From the NCBI GenBank assembly GCA_964643135.1, contig CAZXPC010000005.1:1-59335 (forward strand): a stretch of DNA of 59,335 bases, read 5' to 3'. This document shows, in pieces, positions 1 through 9,179 of the stretch (within the stretch, counting starts at the first letter, position 1; each line of letters begins with the position of its first letter). The DNA comes from an uncultured Candidatus Saccharibacteria bacterium (GTDB taxonomy: Bacteria > Patescibacteriota > Minisyncoccia > UBA6257 > Colwellbacteraceae). The translations under genes were made by a program, and so were the position numbers. The notes beneath the pieces were generated by a model, which did no database searches, had not been told where the DNA came from, and was given only the letters and a program-made list of their open reading frames with translations.

Positions 1-60
1 TAAGTCGACGACTAAGGTGGCGAGTGGTAAGAGAGATGATATAGCTGGGGGCGCAGAGGG
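1..60. repeat. partial (right-end-like) copy of the ~470-bp noncoding element at 16078-16552
   Basis: 17-nt identity CGAGTGGTAAGAGAGAT at 21-37 = 16486-16502, in a similar purine-rich context, lying at the window edge. Confidence 0.4.
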
Positions 61-182
61 GTGGTGATTTTTGACAAAGGTGACTGAGAAGCGTAAAGTG
101 CGAGTGAGCCTGAGAGAAAACGGGCGAGCTACCCCCTATATGTCCTGACCATTGGGGATTTTTACGTATTTTCTCTAAAACA

Positions 183-2159
183 ATGCCAGATTTTCAAATA
201 ATTTCAAAAAATAAACCCGCAGGTGATCAACCCAAAGCGATTGAGTCGCTGGTTTCGGGTTTGAAAAAGGGCCTCAAAAATCAGACTCTTTTAGGTGTGA
301 CCGGGTCCGGCAAAACTTTTACTGTTGCAAACGTAATCCAAGAGATAAAAAAACCGACGCTCGTTATTGCACACAACAAAACTTTGGCAGCTCAGCTTTG
401 TAACGAGTTTCGAGAGCTTTTTCCGAATAATGCCGTGCATTATTTTGTGTCGTATTACGACTACTACCAGCCAGAGGCATACATACCGACTTCCGACACT
501 TATATCGGTAAAGAGGCGATGATCAACGACGAAATCGACCGGCTTCGCCATGCTGCGACAACCGCGCTTCTAACCCGTAAAGATGTAATTATTGTGGCTT
601 CGGTTTCATGTATCTACGGCTTAGGCTCGCCTGAGGCTTATAAAGCTAACATTTTCCATTTTAAGGTGGGTGACAAGCTCGATCGCAAAGAATTAGTTAA
701 TAAACTAGTAAAGCTGCAATTTAGCCGGACAACCTCTGATCTAACTCGCGGCACTTTCCGTTTGCGCGGCGACAATTGGGAGATCATGCCTACCTCTGAA
801 GAAATTATTTACAACATTACGATCAAAGACGACAAGATCCACGAGATATTCGTGATCGATCCGGTTAAGGGCTTCATTCCCGGCGAAACGCCGAAGGTGC
901 AAGATGTTTATATTTCTCCGGCTAAACACTTTGTGACTATTCAGTCTGATATGGAAACAGCGCTTAAGAATATCAAGAAAGAAATGGAGGACCAGATCAA
1001 GTATTTTGAGTCTAAAAAGTTGGCAATCGAAGCTGAGCGAATTGAGCGTCGAACTAAAGCGGACTTAGCGATGATGCGCGAAATTGGCTATTGCAATGGC
1101 GTCGAAAACTATTCGCGCCAATTGGCTTTTCGCGAACCGGGCGCTCCGCCGGCAACCCTGCTCGACTACTTCCCTGAAGATTACTTGATGGTGATTGATG
1201 AATCGCATGTAACTGTGCCCCAGATTGGCGGCATGTATGGCGGCGACTCGGCTCGTAAAAAGAATTTAATTGACTATGGTTTCAGGTTGCCTTCAGCGGC
1301 AGATAACCGGCCGCTTAAGTTTGAAGAATTCGAAGCACGGATGCCGCAGACAATATTTGTCTCAGCAACGCCGGCTGAATATGAACGCCAAATGAGCCAG
1401 CAGGTTGTGGAGCAGATTATTCGTCCGACTGGCTTGATCGATCCGAAGATTACAATGCTCCCGGCTAGAGGCCAAGTGAATGATTTGATTCCGCGCATTC
1501 AAGAACGTATCGCTAAAAAAGAACGAGTGCTTGTGACAACCTTGACCAAAAAGATGGCGGAAGACTTGAGCGCTTATCTGGAAGAGTTGAAGATCAAAGT
1601 TAATTATCTTCACAGCGATGTTAAAACCTTGGACCGTATAAAAATATTGACCGGTCTTCGCCGTGGAGATTTTGACGTGATCGTCGGCGTGAATTTGCTT
1701 CGAGAAGGTCTCGATTTGCCCGAAGTATCGCTGATAGCGATTCTGGACGCTGATAAGGAAGGGTTTTTGCGCAGCGAAACATCGCTTATTCAGACTATAG
1801 GGAGGGCCGCAAGAAACATTAATGGCGAAGTTTTGATGTATGCCGACCAGATCACCGGTTCAATTGAGCGGGCGGTCCGTGAAACCGAGCGCCGAAGAAA
1901 ACTGCAGATCGCGTACAACAAAGAGCATGGCATTACGCCGACCACGATTATCAGAGAAATCAGGGACATGTTGCCGACGCTGAATATAGAGTTGAAAGCT
2001 TTGCCAAAAGACGATAAGACGATTCAGGTTTTGATTAAGCAGAAAGAGAAGGAAATGAAAGAAGCGGCGAAGAATTTGGACTTCGAGTTCGCGGCGATTT
2101 TACGCGACGAGATCCACGAGCTAAATGAGAAATTGAAAGTTGGTAAAATAAAAAAATAA
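183..2159 (+). CDS. uvrB: excinuclease ABC subunit B
   Basis: 658 aa; Walker A GVTGSGKT, helicase motifs, C-terminal UVR motif ([10 protein letters not shown]). Confidence 0.97.
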   Translation: MPDFQIISKNKPAGDQPKAIESLVSGLKKGLKNQTLLGVTGSGKTFTVANVIQEIKKPTLVIAHNKTLAAQLCNEFRELFPNNAVHYFVSYYDYYQPEAYIPTSDTYIGKEAMINDEIDRLRHAATTALLTRKDVIIVASVSCIYGLGSPEAYKANIFHFKVGDKLDRKELVNKLVKLQFSRTTSDLTRGTFRLRGDNWEIMPTSEEIIYNITIKDDKIHEIFVIDPVKGFIPGETPKVQDVYISPAKHFVTIQSDMETALKNIKKEMEDQIKYFESKKLAIEAERIERRTKADLAMMREIGYCNGVENYSRQLAFREPGAPPATLLDYFPEDYLMVIDESHVTVPQIGGMYGGDSARKKNLIDYGFRLPSAADNRPLKFEEFEARMPQTIFVSATPAEYERQMSQQVVEQIIRPTGLIDPKITMLPARGQVNDLIPRIQERIAKKERVLVTTLTKKMAEDLSAYLEELKIKVNYLHSDVKTLDRIKILTGLRRGDFDVIVGVNLLREGLDLPEVSLIAILDADKEGFLRSETSLIQTIGRAARNINGEVLMYADQITGSIERAVRETERRRKLQIAYNKEHGITPTTIIREIRDMLPTLNIELKALPKDDKTIQVLIKQKEKEMKEAAKNLDFEFAAILRDEIHELNEKLKVGKIKK

Positions 2160-2160
2160 C

Positions 2161-4680
2161 ATGACCGACAAAATCAAAATAAAAGGAGCGAGAGAGCATA
2201 ACCTCAAAAATATTAATCTTGAGATACCGCGGAACAAGATGACCGTGTTCACGGGTCTTTCGGGATCGGGAAAATCTTCGCTGGCTTTTGATACAATTTT
2301 CGCAGAAGGCCAGCGCCGATATATCGAATCTTTGTCGGCTTACGCTCGCCAGTTCTTAGGCAAATTGGATAAGCCTGACGTCGACGAAATTGAAGGGCTT
2401 TCTCCGGCCATATCGATTGACCAAAAGGCGCACTCTTCCAATCCGCGCTCGACTGTCGCGACCATTACTGAAATTTATGACTACTTGCGCGTGCTTTTTG
2501 CCCGTGTTGGTAAACCATATTGCCCGGAGTGTGGCGCCGAGATCCGCAAAATGACGGCGAGCGAAATTGTGGACCATGTGATTGAACTCTACGCAGAAAA
2601 TAAGGATCGCAAGAACTTGTTGATCTTGGCGCCAGTTGTGCGCGGCCGAAAGGGGGAGTATTACCAAATGCTTTATGATTTCTTGAATGCCGGTTTTACC
2701 GAAGCGCGAATTGACGGCAAAATGGTTTCGCTCCGAGACAAAATTAACTTGGACAGGCACAAACAGCACACAATTGAACTGATTATCGATCGCTTGCCGG
2801 CGGATTTGGATTTTACCGACAAGGATAAGCGACTTCGCCTAGCTGAGGCTGTTGAACACGCGGTGAAATACGGCAATGATGTCGTGACAGTGATTAATGG
2901 CGACAAAGAAGTCTCGTTATCGGCCAAATTCACTTGCCCGCGCGATGGTTTTTCTTTCCCGGAAATTGAGCCGCGTTTATTTTCTTTTAACAGTCCCTAC
3001 GGCGCCTGTCCGCAATGCCATGGCATTGGTACCGAGGACCTGTGGTCTGAAAACATCTGCACGCTTTGCGGGGGTAAGCGTTTAAAGAAAGAATCTCTGA
3101 GTGTGTTGATCGATAACAAAAATATTGTGAGTCTGACACAGATGTCTATTGATGACGCCTATGCTTTTTTTGGAAAATTAGTTGAGAAGGTGAAGCAGCA
3201 GGATCGGGAAATCGCCGAAGTGCCGCTCAAAGAAATTCGAAACAGGTTGAAGTTTATGATCGATGTCGGTTTGGAATACCTAACGCTTGAAAGAAAAGCC
3301 GGGACTTTGTCGGGCGGGGAATCGCAGCGTATCAGGTTGGCATCGCAGATCGGTTCGCGGCTGGTGGGCGCTCTCTACGTTTTGGACGAACCGACTATCG
3401 GCTTACACCAGCGTGATAATGCCAAGCTAATAAAAACTCTTCATGAACTTCGCGATATGGGGAACACCGTTTTGGTTGTGGAACATGATGAAGACACTAT
3501 TAGATCATCTGACTACTTGGTTGATTTTGGCCCGGGTGCGGGAGTGCATGGCGGACGGATCGTTGCTGAAGGCGAGATGCCGGCGCTTTTGACGGACAAG
3601 AAGAAAACGTCAGCGACTTTAAAATTTTTGCGCAAGGAAGAGAAAATCGATGTGCCGGAAAAGAGGCGATCGGTCGACAAGAAAACAGAATACATCCAAT
3701 TGCGAGGCTTGACCGAGAACAATTTGAAAAACATCAACGTCGATATTCCAAAGCGCCGCATGACCGCTATAACAGGTGTTTCCGGTTCCGGCAAATCCAC
3801 GCTTGTGTATGACGTTCTCTACAAACACTTGGCGAACAAATTTAACTTTGCTAATTATAAAGTTGGCGCTCATAAAGCGATTAACGGCTTAGATGGCGTT
3901 AACCGAGTCATTAACATAGACCAGTCGCCGATCGGCCGAACACCGCGATCGAACCCAGCCACTTATATCGGCGCATGGACTCATATCCGCGACTTATTTG
4001 CCGCAACCGAAGGTGCTCGTGTGCGTGGCTACAAAATTGGACGATTTAGCTTTAATGTCAAAGGCGGCCGCTGCGAAAACTGTGAAGGCCACGGCTATAT
4101 TGCAATTGAGATGCATTTCTTGCCGACAGTTTATGTGACTTGTGATATTTGCCACGGCAAGCGCTTTGACCGTGAAACCTTGGAGGTGGAATATAAGAAA
4201 AAGAACATCTACGAAGTTTTGAAGATGACGGTGGAGGAAGCGGTGAAATTCTTTGAGGACATTCCTTGGCTTTATGAGAAACTAAAAATCTTGGAAGAAG
4301 TTGGGTTGGGCTACCTGGAACTTGGCCAATCGGCGACGACATTATCCGGCGGGGAAGCACAGCGAATTAAATTATCGGCTGAATTGGGAAAGCGCGACAC
4401 CCGGAACACGATTTATCTTTTAGACGAGCCGACAACTGGTCTCCACTTTGAAGACATTCGCAAACTTTTAGTTGTTTTGAACCGCTTGGTTGATCGAGGC
4501 AACACAATTGTTGTAATCGAACACAATTTGGATGTCATTAAGACTTGCGATTGGGTAATCGACCTTGGGCCTGAGGGCGGCGAAGGGGGCGGGCAAGTTG
4601 TGGCGAAAGGCACGCCGGAAGAAATTGCTCGCACGGCCGGAAGTGCCACTCGCACCTACTTGAAGGAGGTATTGAAATAG
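2161..4680 (+). CDS. uvrA: excinuclease ABC subunit A (short form, insertion domain apparently missing)
   Basis: 839 aa; two ABC modules ([18 protein letters not shown]; LSGGE signatures), Zn-module Cys pairs. Confidence 0.96.
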   Translation: MTDKIKIKGAREHNLKNINLEIPRNKMTVFTGLSGSGKSSLAFDTIFAEGQRRYIESLSAYARQFLGKLDKPDVDEIEGLSPAISIDQKAHSSNPRSTVATITEIYDYLRVLFARVGKPYCPECGAEIRKMTASEIVDHVIELYAENKDRKNLLILAPVVRGRKGEYYQMLYDFLNAGFTEARIDGKMVSLRDKINLDRHKQHTIELIIDRLPADLDFTDKDKRLRLAEAVEHAVKYGNDVVTVINGDKEVSLSAKFTCPRDGFSFPEIEPRLFSFNSPYGACPQCHGIGTEDLWSENICTLCGGKRLKKESLSVLIDNKNIVSLTQMSIDDAYAFFGKLVEKVKQQDREIAEVPLKEIRNRLKFMIDVGLEYLTLERKAGTLSGGESQRIRLASQIGSRLVGALYVLDEPTIGLHQRDNAKLIKTLHELRDMGNTVLVVEHDEDTIRSSDYLVDFGPGAGVHGGRIVAEGEMPALLTDKKKTSATLKFLRKEEKIDVPEKRRSVDKKTEYIQLRGLTENNLKNINVDIPKRRMTAITGVSGSGKSTLVYDVLYKHLANKFNFANYKVGAHKAINGLDGVNRVINIDQSPIGRTPRSNPATYIGAWTHIRDLFAATEGARVRGYKIGRFSFNVKGGRCENCEGHGYIAIEMHFLPTVYVTCDICHGKRFDRETLEVEYKKKNIYEVLKMTVEEAVKFFEDIPWLYEKLKILEEVGLGYLELGQSATTLSGGEAQRIKLSAELGKRDTRNTIYLLDEPTTGLHFEDIRKLLVVLNRLVDRGNTIVVIEHNLDVIKTCDWVIDLGPEGGEGGGQVVAKGTPEEIARTAGSATRTYLKEVLK

Positions 4681-4683
4681 AAA

Positions 4684-5943
4684 ATGGCCAAGAATTTATA
4701 CGAAAAACTGCCCGATACGCCCGGAGTTTATATTATGAAAGATGTCTCGGGTCGAGTTCTATATGTCGGTAAGGCGATTAACTTGAAACGCCGCGTTTCA
4801 TCTTACTTTCTGCGACCCCACGATAATCGAATTGAGCAACTGGTCCGCGAGATCCGGAAGATTGATCATAAACCAACCGAAAGCGCCTTGGAAGCCCTGA
4901 TCCTGGAGGCCAAGCTGATTAAAGAGATCCAGCCGCCTTATAATATTCGCGAGAAAGATGATACAAGTTTCCTTTGCGTTGAGATCACAGCGGAAAAATT
5001 TCCGCGAGTTGTGCTGGTGCGCGCGAAAAACACCGACCTCAAAAAGAAAAATGTTTTTGGTCCCTTCTTGTCGAGCAAAGCTATTAAAGAAGCCTTGAAA
5101 ATTATTCGCCGAATATTCCCATATAGTACTCACACACCAGAGGAAATTGAAAAATATGCCCGCTTGTCCCGCACCTTTTCGGAGAAACAGGTGCGTGGAT
5201 GTTTTGATTATCAGATCGGCCTTTGTCCGGGCACCTGCGTCGGCTTGATTTCAGAGGCGGATTATAAAAAGAATATCAAGAATATTAGGTTGATTTTTGA
5301 GGGCAAGAAAAAGCGGATTATCTCCAGCCTGGAAAAAGAGATGAAGGCTGCCTCAAGAATGCTTAATTTCGAGAAGGCTGAAAGAATTAAGCGGCAAATA
5401 TTCGGTTTGCAGCATATTAGGGATGTGTCTCTTATCTCGAATGACTTTATTGAACACTCGATTGCCGAACCGGCGATTGAACTCAAGAATCAGCGGATCG
5501 AAGGTTATGATATCTCAAACATTTCCGGCACTTCGGCCGTGGGTTCGATGGTTGTTTTCACGAACGGCCAGCCGGACAAAAAAGAATACAGGAAATTTAA
5601 AATCAAAACTATAATTGGCGCCAATGACGTGGGGATGCTCGAAGAAGTCTTGCGACGGCGTTTCGCGCGCGGTCCGGAAGTCGAAGACTGGGCCTATCCT
5701 GACTTGATCTTGATCGACGGTGGGTTGGCGCAAGTCAATACAGCTGAGGCAGTTCTAAATGAATTGAATATAAATATCCCGATAGTTGGAGTTGCTAAGG
5801 GACCAGAACGCAAGCGCAATGATTTAATCGGCCATTTGCCGGCAGGGTATGATTTAAAAACCCTTGTTAAGGTTCGGGATGAGGCGCATCGCTTTGCAAT
5901 CGGTTATCACAGGAAACTTCGCGGCGGGAATATGTTCAGATAA
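4684..5943 (+). CDS. uvrC: excinuclease ABC subunit C, lacking the C-terminal (HhH)2 domain
   Basis: 419 aa; GIY-YIG N-terminus (GVYIMKD..LYVGKA), UVR motif, RNase H-like endonuclease region; ends right after DEAHRFAIGYHRK. Confidence 0.93.
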   Translation: MAKNLYEKLPDTPGVYIMKDVSGRVLYVGKAINLKRRVSSYFLRPHDNRIEQLVREIRKIDHKPTESALEALILEAKLIKEIQPPYNIREKDDTSFLCVEITAEKFPRVVLVRAKNTDLKKKNVFGPFLSSKAIKEALKIIRRIFPYSTHTPEEIEKYARLSRTFSEKQVRGCFDYQIGLCPGTCVGLISEADYKKNIKNIRLIFEGKKKRIISSLEKEMKAASRMLNFEKAERIKRQIFGLQHIRDVSLISNDFIEHSIAEPAIELKNQRIEGYDISNISGTSAVGSMVVFTNGQPDKKEYRKFKIKTIIGANDVGMLEEVLRRRFARGPEVEDWAYPDLILIDGGLAQVNTAEAVLNELNINIPIVGVAKGPERKRNDLIGHLPAGYDLKTLVKVRDEAHRFAIGYHRKLRGGNMFR

Positions 5944-5946
5944 TGT

Positions 5947-5976
5947 TTGACAAGAGGTGCGGCTTGGCGTTAGTAT
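5947..5976 (+). promoter_or_regulatory. sigma70-type promoter TTGACA-17/18-TAGTAT
   Basis: TTGACA 5947-5952, TAGTAT 5971-5976, directly after the uvrC stop. Confidence 0.6.
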
Positions 5977-5995
5977 CTCGGTCTGGAGCGATCTC

Positions 5996-6208
5996 ATGAC
6001 TCTGACTTTCAAGGTTGAAGGAACCTCTGAGAACGATACTGAAGCTCGAAGGTTCGCTCTTGAGCGGGCCGCTGAGATCGAGGGGAAGGGATTCACAGTT
6101 AGCGAGCTCACTCACACGACTCGCAACGCGGCCCGAGGTCCTGGACGCATCCACGTCTACACTTTCGTCGGCGAAGCCAAGAAGTCCGACGAACCCGAGA
6201 AGCCCTGA
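5996..6208 (+). CDS. hypothetical 70-aa protein (GC-rich block A)
   Basis: The track ORF 5957..6208 starts upstream of the -10 element. The ATG at 5996 is preceded by GGAG. GC-rich coding; terminator follows. Confidence 0.55.
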   Translation: MTLTFKVEGTSENDTEARRFALERAAEIEGKGFTVSELTHTTRNAARGPGRIHVYTFVGEAKKSDEPEKP

Positions 6209-6223
6209 GCCTCCTCTCTGAAC

Positions 6224-6250
6224 GGATCCCACAAGGATCCTCTTTTTATT
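6224..6250 (+). terminator. intrinsic terminator
   Basis: GGATCC-CACAA-GGATCC hairpin followed by TCTTTTTATTTTT. Confidence 0.7.
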
Positions 6251-6251
6251 T

Positions 6252-6279
6252 TTGACTTCATTTAGTTTTCTGATAAACT
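6252..6279 (+). promoter_or_regulatory. promoter TTGACT-16-(TGa)TAAACT
   Basis: TTGACT 6252-6257; extended -10 TGATAAACT 6271-6279. Confidence 0.5.
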
Positions 6280-6288
6280 AGAAAAGTT

Positions 6289-6375
6289 ATGTTAAGGACA
6301 ACAGCATTATCCATGATGATGTCGACCGGCTCTATGATGGGCTTATTTAACATTGTCGGGGATAAAGCTGAGTAA
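6289..6375 (+). CDS. mini-ORF, 28 aa MLRTTALSMMMSTGSMMGLFNIVGDKAE
   Basis: Own promoter and terminator. The 5' end ATGTTAAGGA and the terminator are shared with the mini-ORF at 6716. Below the ORF-track size cutoff. Confidence 0.4.
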   Translation: MLRTTALSMMMSTGSMMGLFNIVGDKAE

Positions 6376-6402
6376 GCAGACTAATAGTATTCTAAAGCTC
6401 AA

Positions 6403-6428
6403 CCTCCCCGGCAACGGGGAGGTTTTTG
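6403..6428 (+). terminator. intrinsic terminator
   Basis: CCTCCCCG-GCAA-CGGGGAGG followed by TTTTTG. Confidence 0.75.
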
Positions 6429-6447
6429 TTCTTTAATGCCTCGACCT

Positions 6448-6484
6448 CAGCTCTTAGTCAGTACGGTGTATTGATTAAGAGCTG
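6448..6484 (+). other. 9-bp perfect hairpin without T-run
   Basis: CAGCTCTTA (6448-6456) pairs with TAAGAGCTG (6476-6484); same position in the module as hairpin 6849-6876. Confidence 0.5.
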
Positions 6485-6511
6485 CGGTTAAGAACATCGC
6501 AGCAGGGTCAG

Positions 6512-6622
6512 ATGGTAGCGATGACGAACACAGTAAACAATGAAGCGTCCATGGCGCCCTCGGCTGAAGCTCCCGTGCGTACGTGCGCTGTCTGCGGACG
6601 GCCACTGCCCTGCGGAGGATAG
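6512..6622 (+). CDS. mini-ORF, 36 aa, Cys-rich C-terminus (..RTCAVCGRPLPCGG)
   Basis: GC-rich ORF ending inside the terminator hairpin. The opposite-strand track ORF 6447..6665 has no signals. Confidence 0.3.
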   Translation: MVAMTNTVNNEASMAPSAEAPVRTCAVCGRPLPCGG

Positions 6623-6660
6623 GGGAGATTGGTTTTCTAAACTTTTCTCCCCATTTTTTA
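6622..6660 (+). terminator. intrinsic terminator
   Basis: GGGGAGA..TCTCCCC stem (6622-6652) followed by ATTTTTTA. Confidence 0.55.
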
Positions 6661-6675
6661 TTCACTTTTACGATA

Positions 6676-6703
6676 TTTACATTTTGTTTATTTTTGCTAT
6701 ACT
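6676..6703 (+). promoter_or_regulatory. promoter TTTACA-16-TATACT
   Basis: TTTACA 6676-6681, TATACT 6698-6703. Confidence 0.5.
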
Positions 6704-6715
6704 AAAAAAGTAAAC

Positions 6716-6787
6716 ATGTTAAGGAATCTATCAAACCTCGTCGCGATTATTTGCCCAATTATTAAGGGCTATTCTTGTCGGGGTTAG
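6716..6787 (+). CDS. mini-ORF, 23 aa MLRNLSNLVAIICPIIKGYSCRG
   Basis: Paralogous cassette to 6289-6428: same ATGTTAAGGA start and the same CTCCCCGGCAAGGGGAG terminator. Confidence 0.4.
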   Translation: MLRNLSNLVAIICPIIKGYSCRG

Positions 6788-6820
6788 ATAATCTGCAGAA
6801 ATATAAGAATTATCTAAGAT

Positions 6821-6848
6821 CTCCCCGGCAAGGGGAGGTTTCTTGTTT
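6821..6848 (+). terminator. intrinsic terminator
   Basis: CTCCCC-GGCAA-GGGGAG followed by GTTTCTTGTTT. Confidence 0.65.
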
Positions 6849-6876
6849 GGGAGATGGATTGAGTGGTCCATCTCCC
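6849..6876 (+). other. 10-bp perfect hairpin without T-run
   Basis: GGGAGATGGA (6849-6858) pairs with TCCATCTCCC (6867-6876). Confidence 0.5.
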
Positions 6877-6987
6877 AGATTGGAAACGATTTGGCGAGAG
6901 TTCGAGAAGGACGCTCGAGCAGCTCCTCACATAGGACGGGATGTATGATGACGCCGAAGAAAGACAGAGGCCGCAAGGAAACCGCAG

Positions 6988-7299
6988 ATGCGGGCGTGGA
7001 CGACGGAACGGGTGTTGACCAGCTCGGGGAGGTCTGAGAACGTGGATTACGACCACGCAGCGACCGAGTTCAGGCTGAAGGGTGACATGGAGACCGGCTA
7101 CTGGGAAGCGCTCAGGTTCTTCCCTGACAGAGTCAATCGCAACGAGGCCGAGCGATGGGCCAAGTCGCTTAGCACCGCGCCTCTTGACCTCATCCCTACT
7201 GAGGACGGGGCAAGGGCTGTCGTGAGGATCACTTCTCCGGAAGCGATCGAACTTGCCAAGAAGACGCTTGGCATCACGATGTCGGTCTCTCGCGCCTAG
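6988..7299 (+). CDS. hypothetical protein, up to 103 aa (GC-rich block B); start uncertain
   Basis: + strand supported by the downstream terminator. Alternative GTG start near 7035 after GGGGAGG. The antisense 175-aa track ORF is judged a shadow. Confidence 0.45.
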   Translation: MRAWTTERVLTSSGRSENVDYDHAATEFRLKGDMETGYWEALRFFPDRVNRNEAERWAKSLSTAPLDLIPTEDGARAVVRITSPEAIELAKKTLGITMSVSRA

Positions 7300-7311
7300 C
7301 CGCAGCCGTAA

Positions 7312-7351
7312 GGGAGTTGGAAGCATGCAAATGCTGCCCACTCCCTCTTTT
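7312..7351 (+). terminator. intrinsic terminator
   Basis: imperfect long hairpin GGGAGTTGGAAGCATG..CAAATGCTGCCCACTCCC followed by TCTTTT. Confidence 0.55.
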
Positions 7352-7390
7352 AATTTGTTTTAATCCTATCTTTAAGTTATCTTATCTCGT

Positions 7391-8398
7391 ATGAAATTAA
7401 GCATCGGAATTGTGGGTTTGCCGAACGTCGGGAAATCGACGCTCTTCAAGCTTATTACCAAGATTCAAGTTAATATTGCTAACTATCCGTTCGCCACCAT
7501 TGACCCCAATATTGGTGTTGTTTCGGTTCCCGACGAACGCTTAAATAAGCTCGCCGAGATGAGTCAGACCCAGAAAATTGTGCCCGCAGTTGTGGAGTTT
7601 TATGATATTGCGGGTTTGGTTAAAGGTGCCAACGCTGGCGAAGGTTTGGGCAACCAATTTTTGTCGACGATTCGCGAAGTTAAAGCAATTGTGCAGGTAT
7701 TGCGTTGTTTCCAATCCAACGAAATTATCCACGTTGAGCAGAATGTGAACCCGGTCCGCGATATGGAAATTATTAACACCGAATTGATGTTAAAAGATTT
7801 AGAGATTGTTCAGAAGCGGTTAGCTAAATTAGAGAGCGAAGCTAAGAGTGGAGATAAGCAGAAGGGGAAAGATCTAACAATCCTGAAAGAGGTAAAAGAA
7901 GGGCTCGAGAAGGGGGTCCTGGTTTTCAACTTGCCTAAAGAAGTAAAAGACGAGGCCATCACCCAGGAATTGAATCTGCTTACGGCCAAAAATCAAATCT
8001 ATTTGTTGAACGGCGTTGAAGAAGACGTTTCGGAAGAATTAAAAAACAAAATCAAGTCACTAAATGCTGATTATGTGATTGCGGACTTGATGCTAGTCGA
8101 TGATATTGATGTTCTAATCAAAAAAGCTTATGAAGTTCTGGGACTCATCAGCTACTTTACGACCGGTGAAATTGAAACGCGAGCTTGGACAATCGAACGG
8201 GGGACAAAGGCGCCGCAGGCCGCAGGCGTAATTCACAGCGATTTTGAAAAGAAATTTATTCGTGCGGAAGTTGTAAGTTATGACAAACTTGTAGAAGCCG
8301 GATCATGGGCAGTGGCGAAACAGAAGGGTTGGTTTAGGTTGGAGGGCAAGGATTATGTGTTTCAGGATGGGGATGTTGTTGAAATTCGCCACGGCTAG
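7391..8398 (+). CDS. ychF: ribosome-binding ATPase YchF
   Basis: 335 aa; G1 GLPNVGKST, C-terminal TGS-like region (SYFTTGE..RAW). Confidence 0.95.
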   Translation: MKLSIGIVGLPNVGKSTLFKLITKIQVNIANYPFATIDPNIGVVSVPDERLNKLAEMSQTQKIVPAVVEFYDIAGLVKGANAGEGLGNQFLSTIREVKAIVQVLRCFQSNEIIHVEQNVNPVRDMEIINTELMLKDLEIVQKRLAKLESEAKSGDKQKGKDLTILKEVKEGLEKGVLVFNLPKEVKDEAITQELNLLTAKNQIYLLNGVEEDVSEELKNKIKSLNADYVIADLMLVDDIDVLIKKAYEVLGLISYFTTGEIETRAWTIERGTKAPQAAGVIHSDFEKKFIRAEVVSYDKLVEAGSWAVAKQKGWFRLEGKDYVFQDGDVVEIRHG

Positions 8399-8429
8399 TT
8401 CAAAAGAATTTACCCAATCTCATCGTTAC

Positions 8430-8490
8430 GGAGCCTCACAAATTTCGTCGAAGTAGTATTTCTACATCTCCTCATTTGTTTCTCCGTGCC
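8430..8490 (+). repeat. 60-nt hairpin element, copy 1 (3' of ychF)
   Basis: GGAGCCTC..TTCGTCGAAGTAGTATTT.CTACATCTCCTCA..TTTCTCC; second copy at 30112-30172 with compensatory changes. Confidence 0.7.
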
Positions 8491-8521
8491 TTGATCTTGG
8501 TTAAATTATTTTGAACTAAGA

Positions 8522-8557
8522 GAAAAAAAGGGGCCCGCCGGACGAATCCTAGCGGGC
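8522..8557 (-). terminator. intrinsic terminator of the block C gene
   Basis: minus strand: GCCCGC..GCGGGC hairpin followed by CCCTTTTTTTC. Confidence 0.65.
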
Positions 8558-8583
8558 AGAGCTTGTGGCGAGACTGGAGGGAT

Positions 8584-9090
8584 CTACTGGACGGGGACTT
8601 CATCCTCCTCATCGAGGGCTGCGGTGGCCGCGGCCTTCTCAGAGTCTTCTGTGATCTTCTCCTGCGCGATCTCACCGAGCTCTTCGCGGATGGCGGCGCA
8701 GTGCGCGATGCATTGCGTAGCGGCCGTGATCGCCTCGGCGGTGATGTTGCGGGTCTGCGGATACTCGGCGTCGGAAGCGAGGAGCTTGGGGACGACCCTC
8801 TTGCTCAATGCCTTCATCGCTTCCGTGATCCGCTCGTGCACCATCACGACGAAATCGTGGGAGACTTCGCCCTTGCAGAATGCCTTCTCGATCTCTGGAG
8901 CAGAGCCCCGGATTTCGTCGAGGTATTCGTCGATGAGCTGGAGGCTCCTTCGCGCTTCACTCATGTAGCGCTGGGGCGTCGCTGCATTGGGCTTGAAGAT
9001 CTTGCCCTCGAGAATGCAGGTGTTGTTGACGACCTTCTCGAGTAGGCCGACAACCTTCTTGGGTGTTGAGATTTCGTCGATCTTCGTCAT
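8584..9090 (-). CDS. hypothetical 168-aa helical protein (GC-rich block C)
   Basis: The track ORF extends to 9180, but the TTGACA-17-CATAAT promoter lies inside that extension, so the start is taken at ATG 9090 (MTKIDEIS..). Confidence 0.55.
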   Translation of the reverse strand: MTKIDEISTPKKVVGLLEKVVNNTCILEGKIFKPNAATPQRYMSEARRSLQLIDEYLDEIRGSAPEIEKAFCKGEVSHDFVVMVHERITEAMKALSKRVVPKLLASDAEYPQTRNITAEAITAATQCIAHCAAIREELGEIAQEKITEDSEKAAATAALDEEDEVPVQ

Positions 9091-9106
9091 CGAATCGCCC
9101 AAGGAT

Positions 9107-9135
9107 ATTATGGGACGATTCTCATGATTTGTCAA
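9107..9135 (-). promoter_or_regulatory. promoter TTGACA-17-CATAAT (minus strand)
   Basis: plus-strand TGTCAA 9130-9135 and ATTATG 9107-9112. Confidence 0.6.
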
Positions 9136-9179
9136 ATACATGATTTTAAGCTGTTCAAGTATACTTAAGCTATCAATCA

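Noticed and set aside
2356-4655. Multiple 60-140-aa antisense ORFs inside uvrA, and similarly inside uvrB, uvrC, dnaK, ftsI, cysS, dnaB and secF
   Set aside because: They lie entirely within well-supported conserved genes on the opposite strand and have no independent signals.
6814-7341. 175-aa minus-strand ORF across block B
   Set aside because: It crosses two + strand terminator hairpins and the mini-ORF cassette, and it is Arg/Pro/Leu-rich. The + strand reading is supported by the downstream terminator.
8563-9045. 160-aa and 114-aa + strand ORFs antisense to the block C gene
   Set aside because: Long antisense frames are typical of GC-rich coding DNA. They have Arg/Leu/Gly-rich low-complexity composition. 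The promoter and terminator signals support the minus strand.
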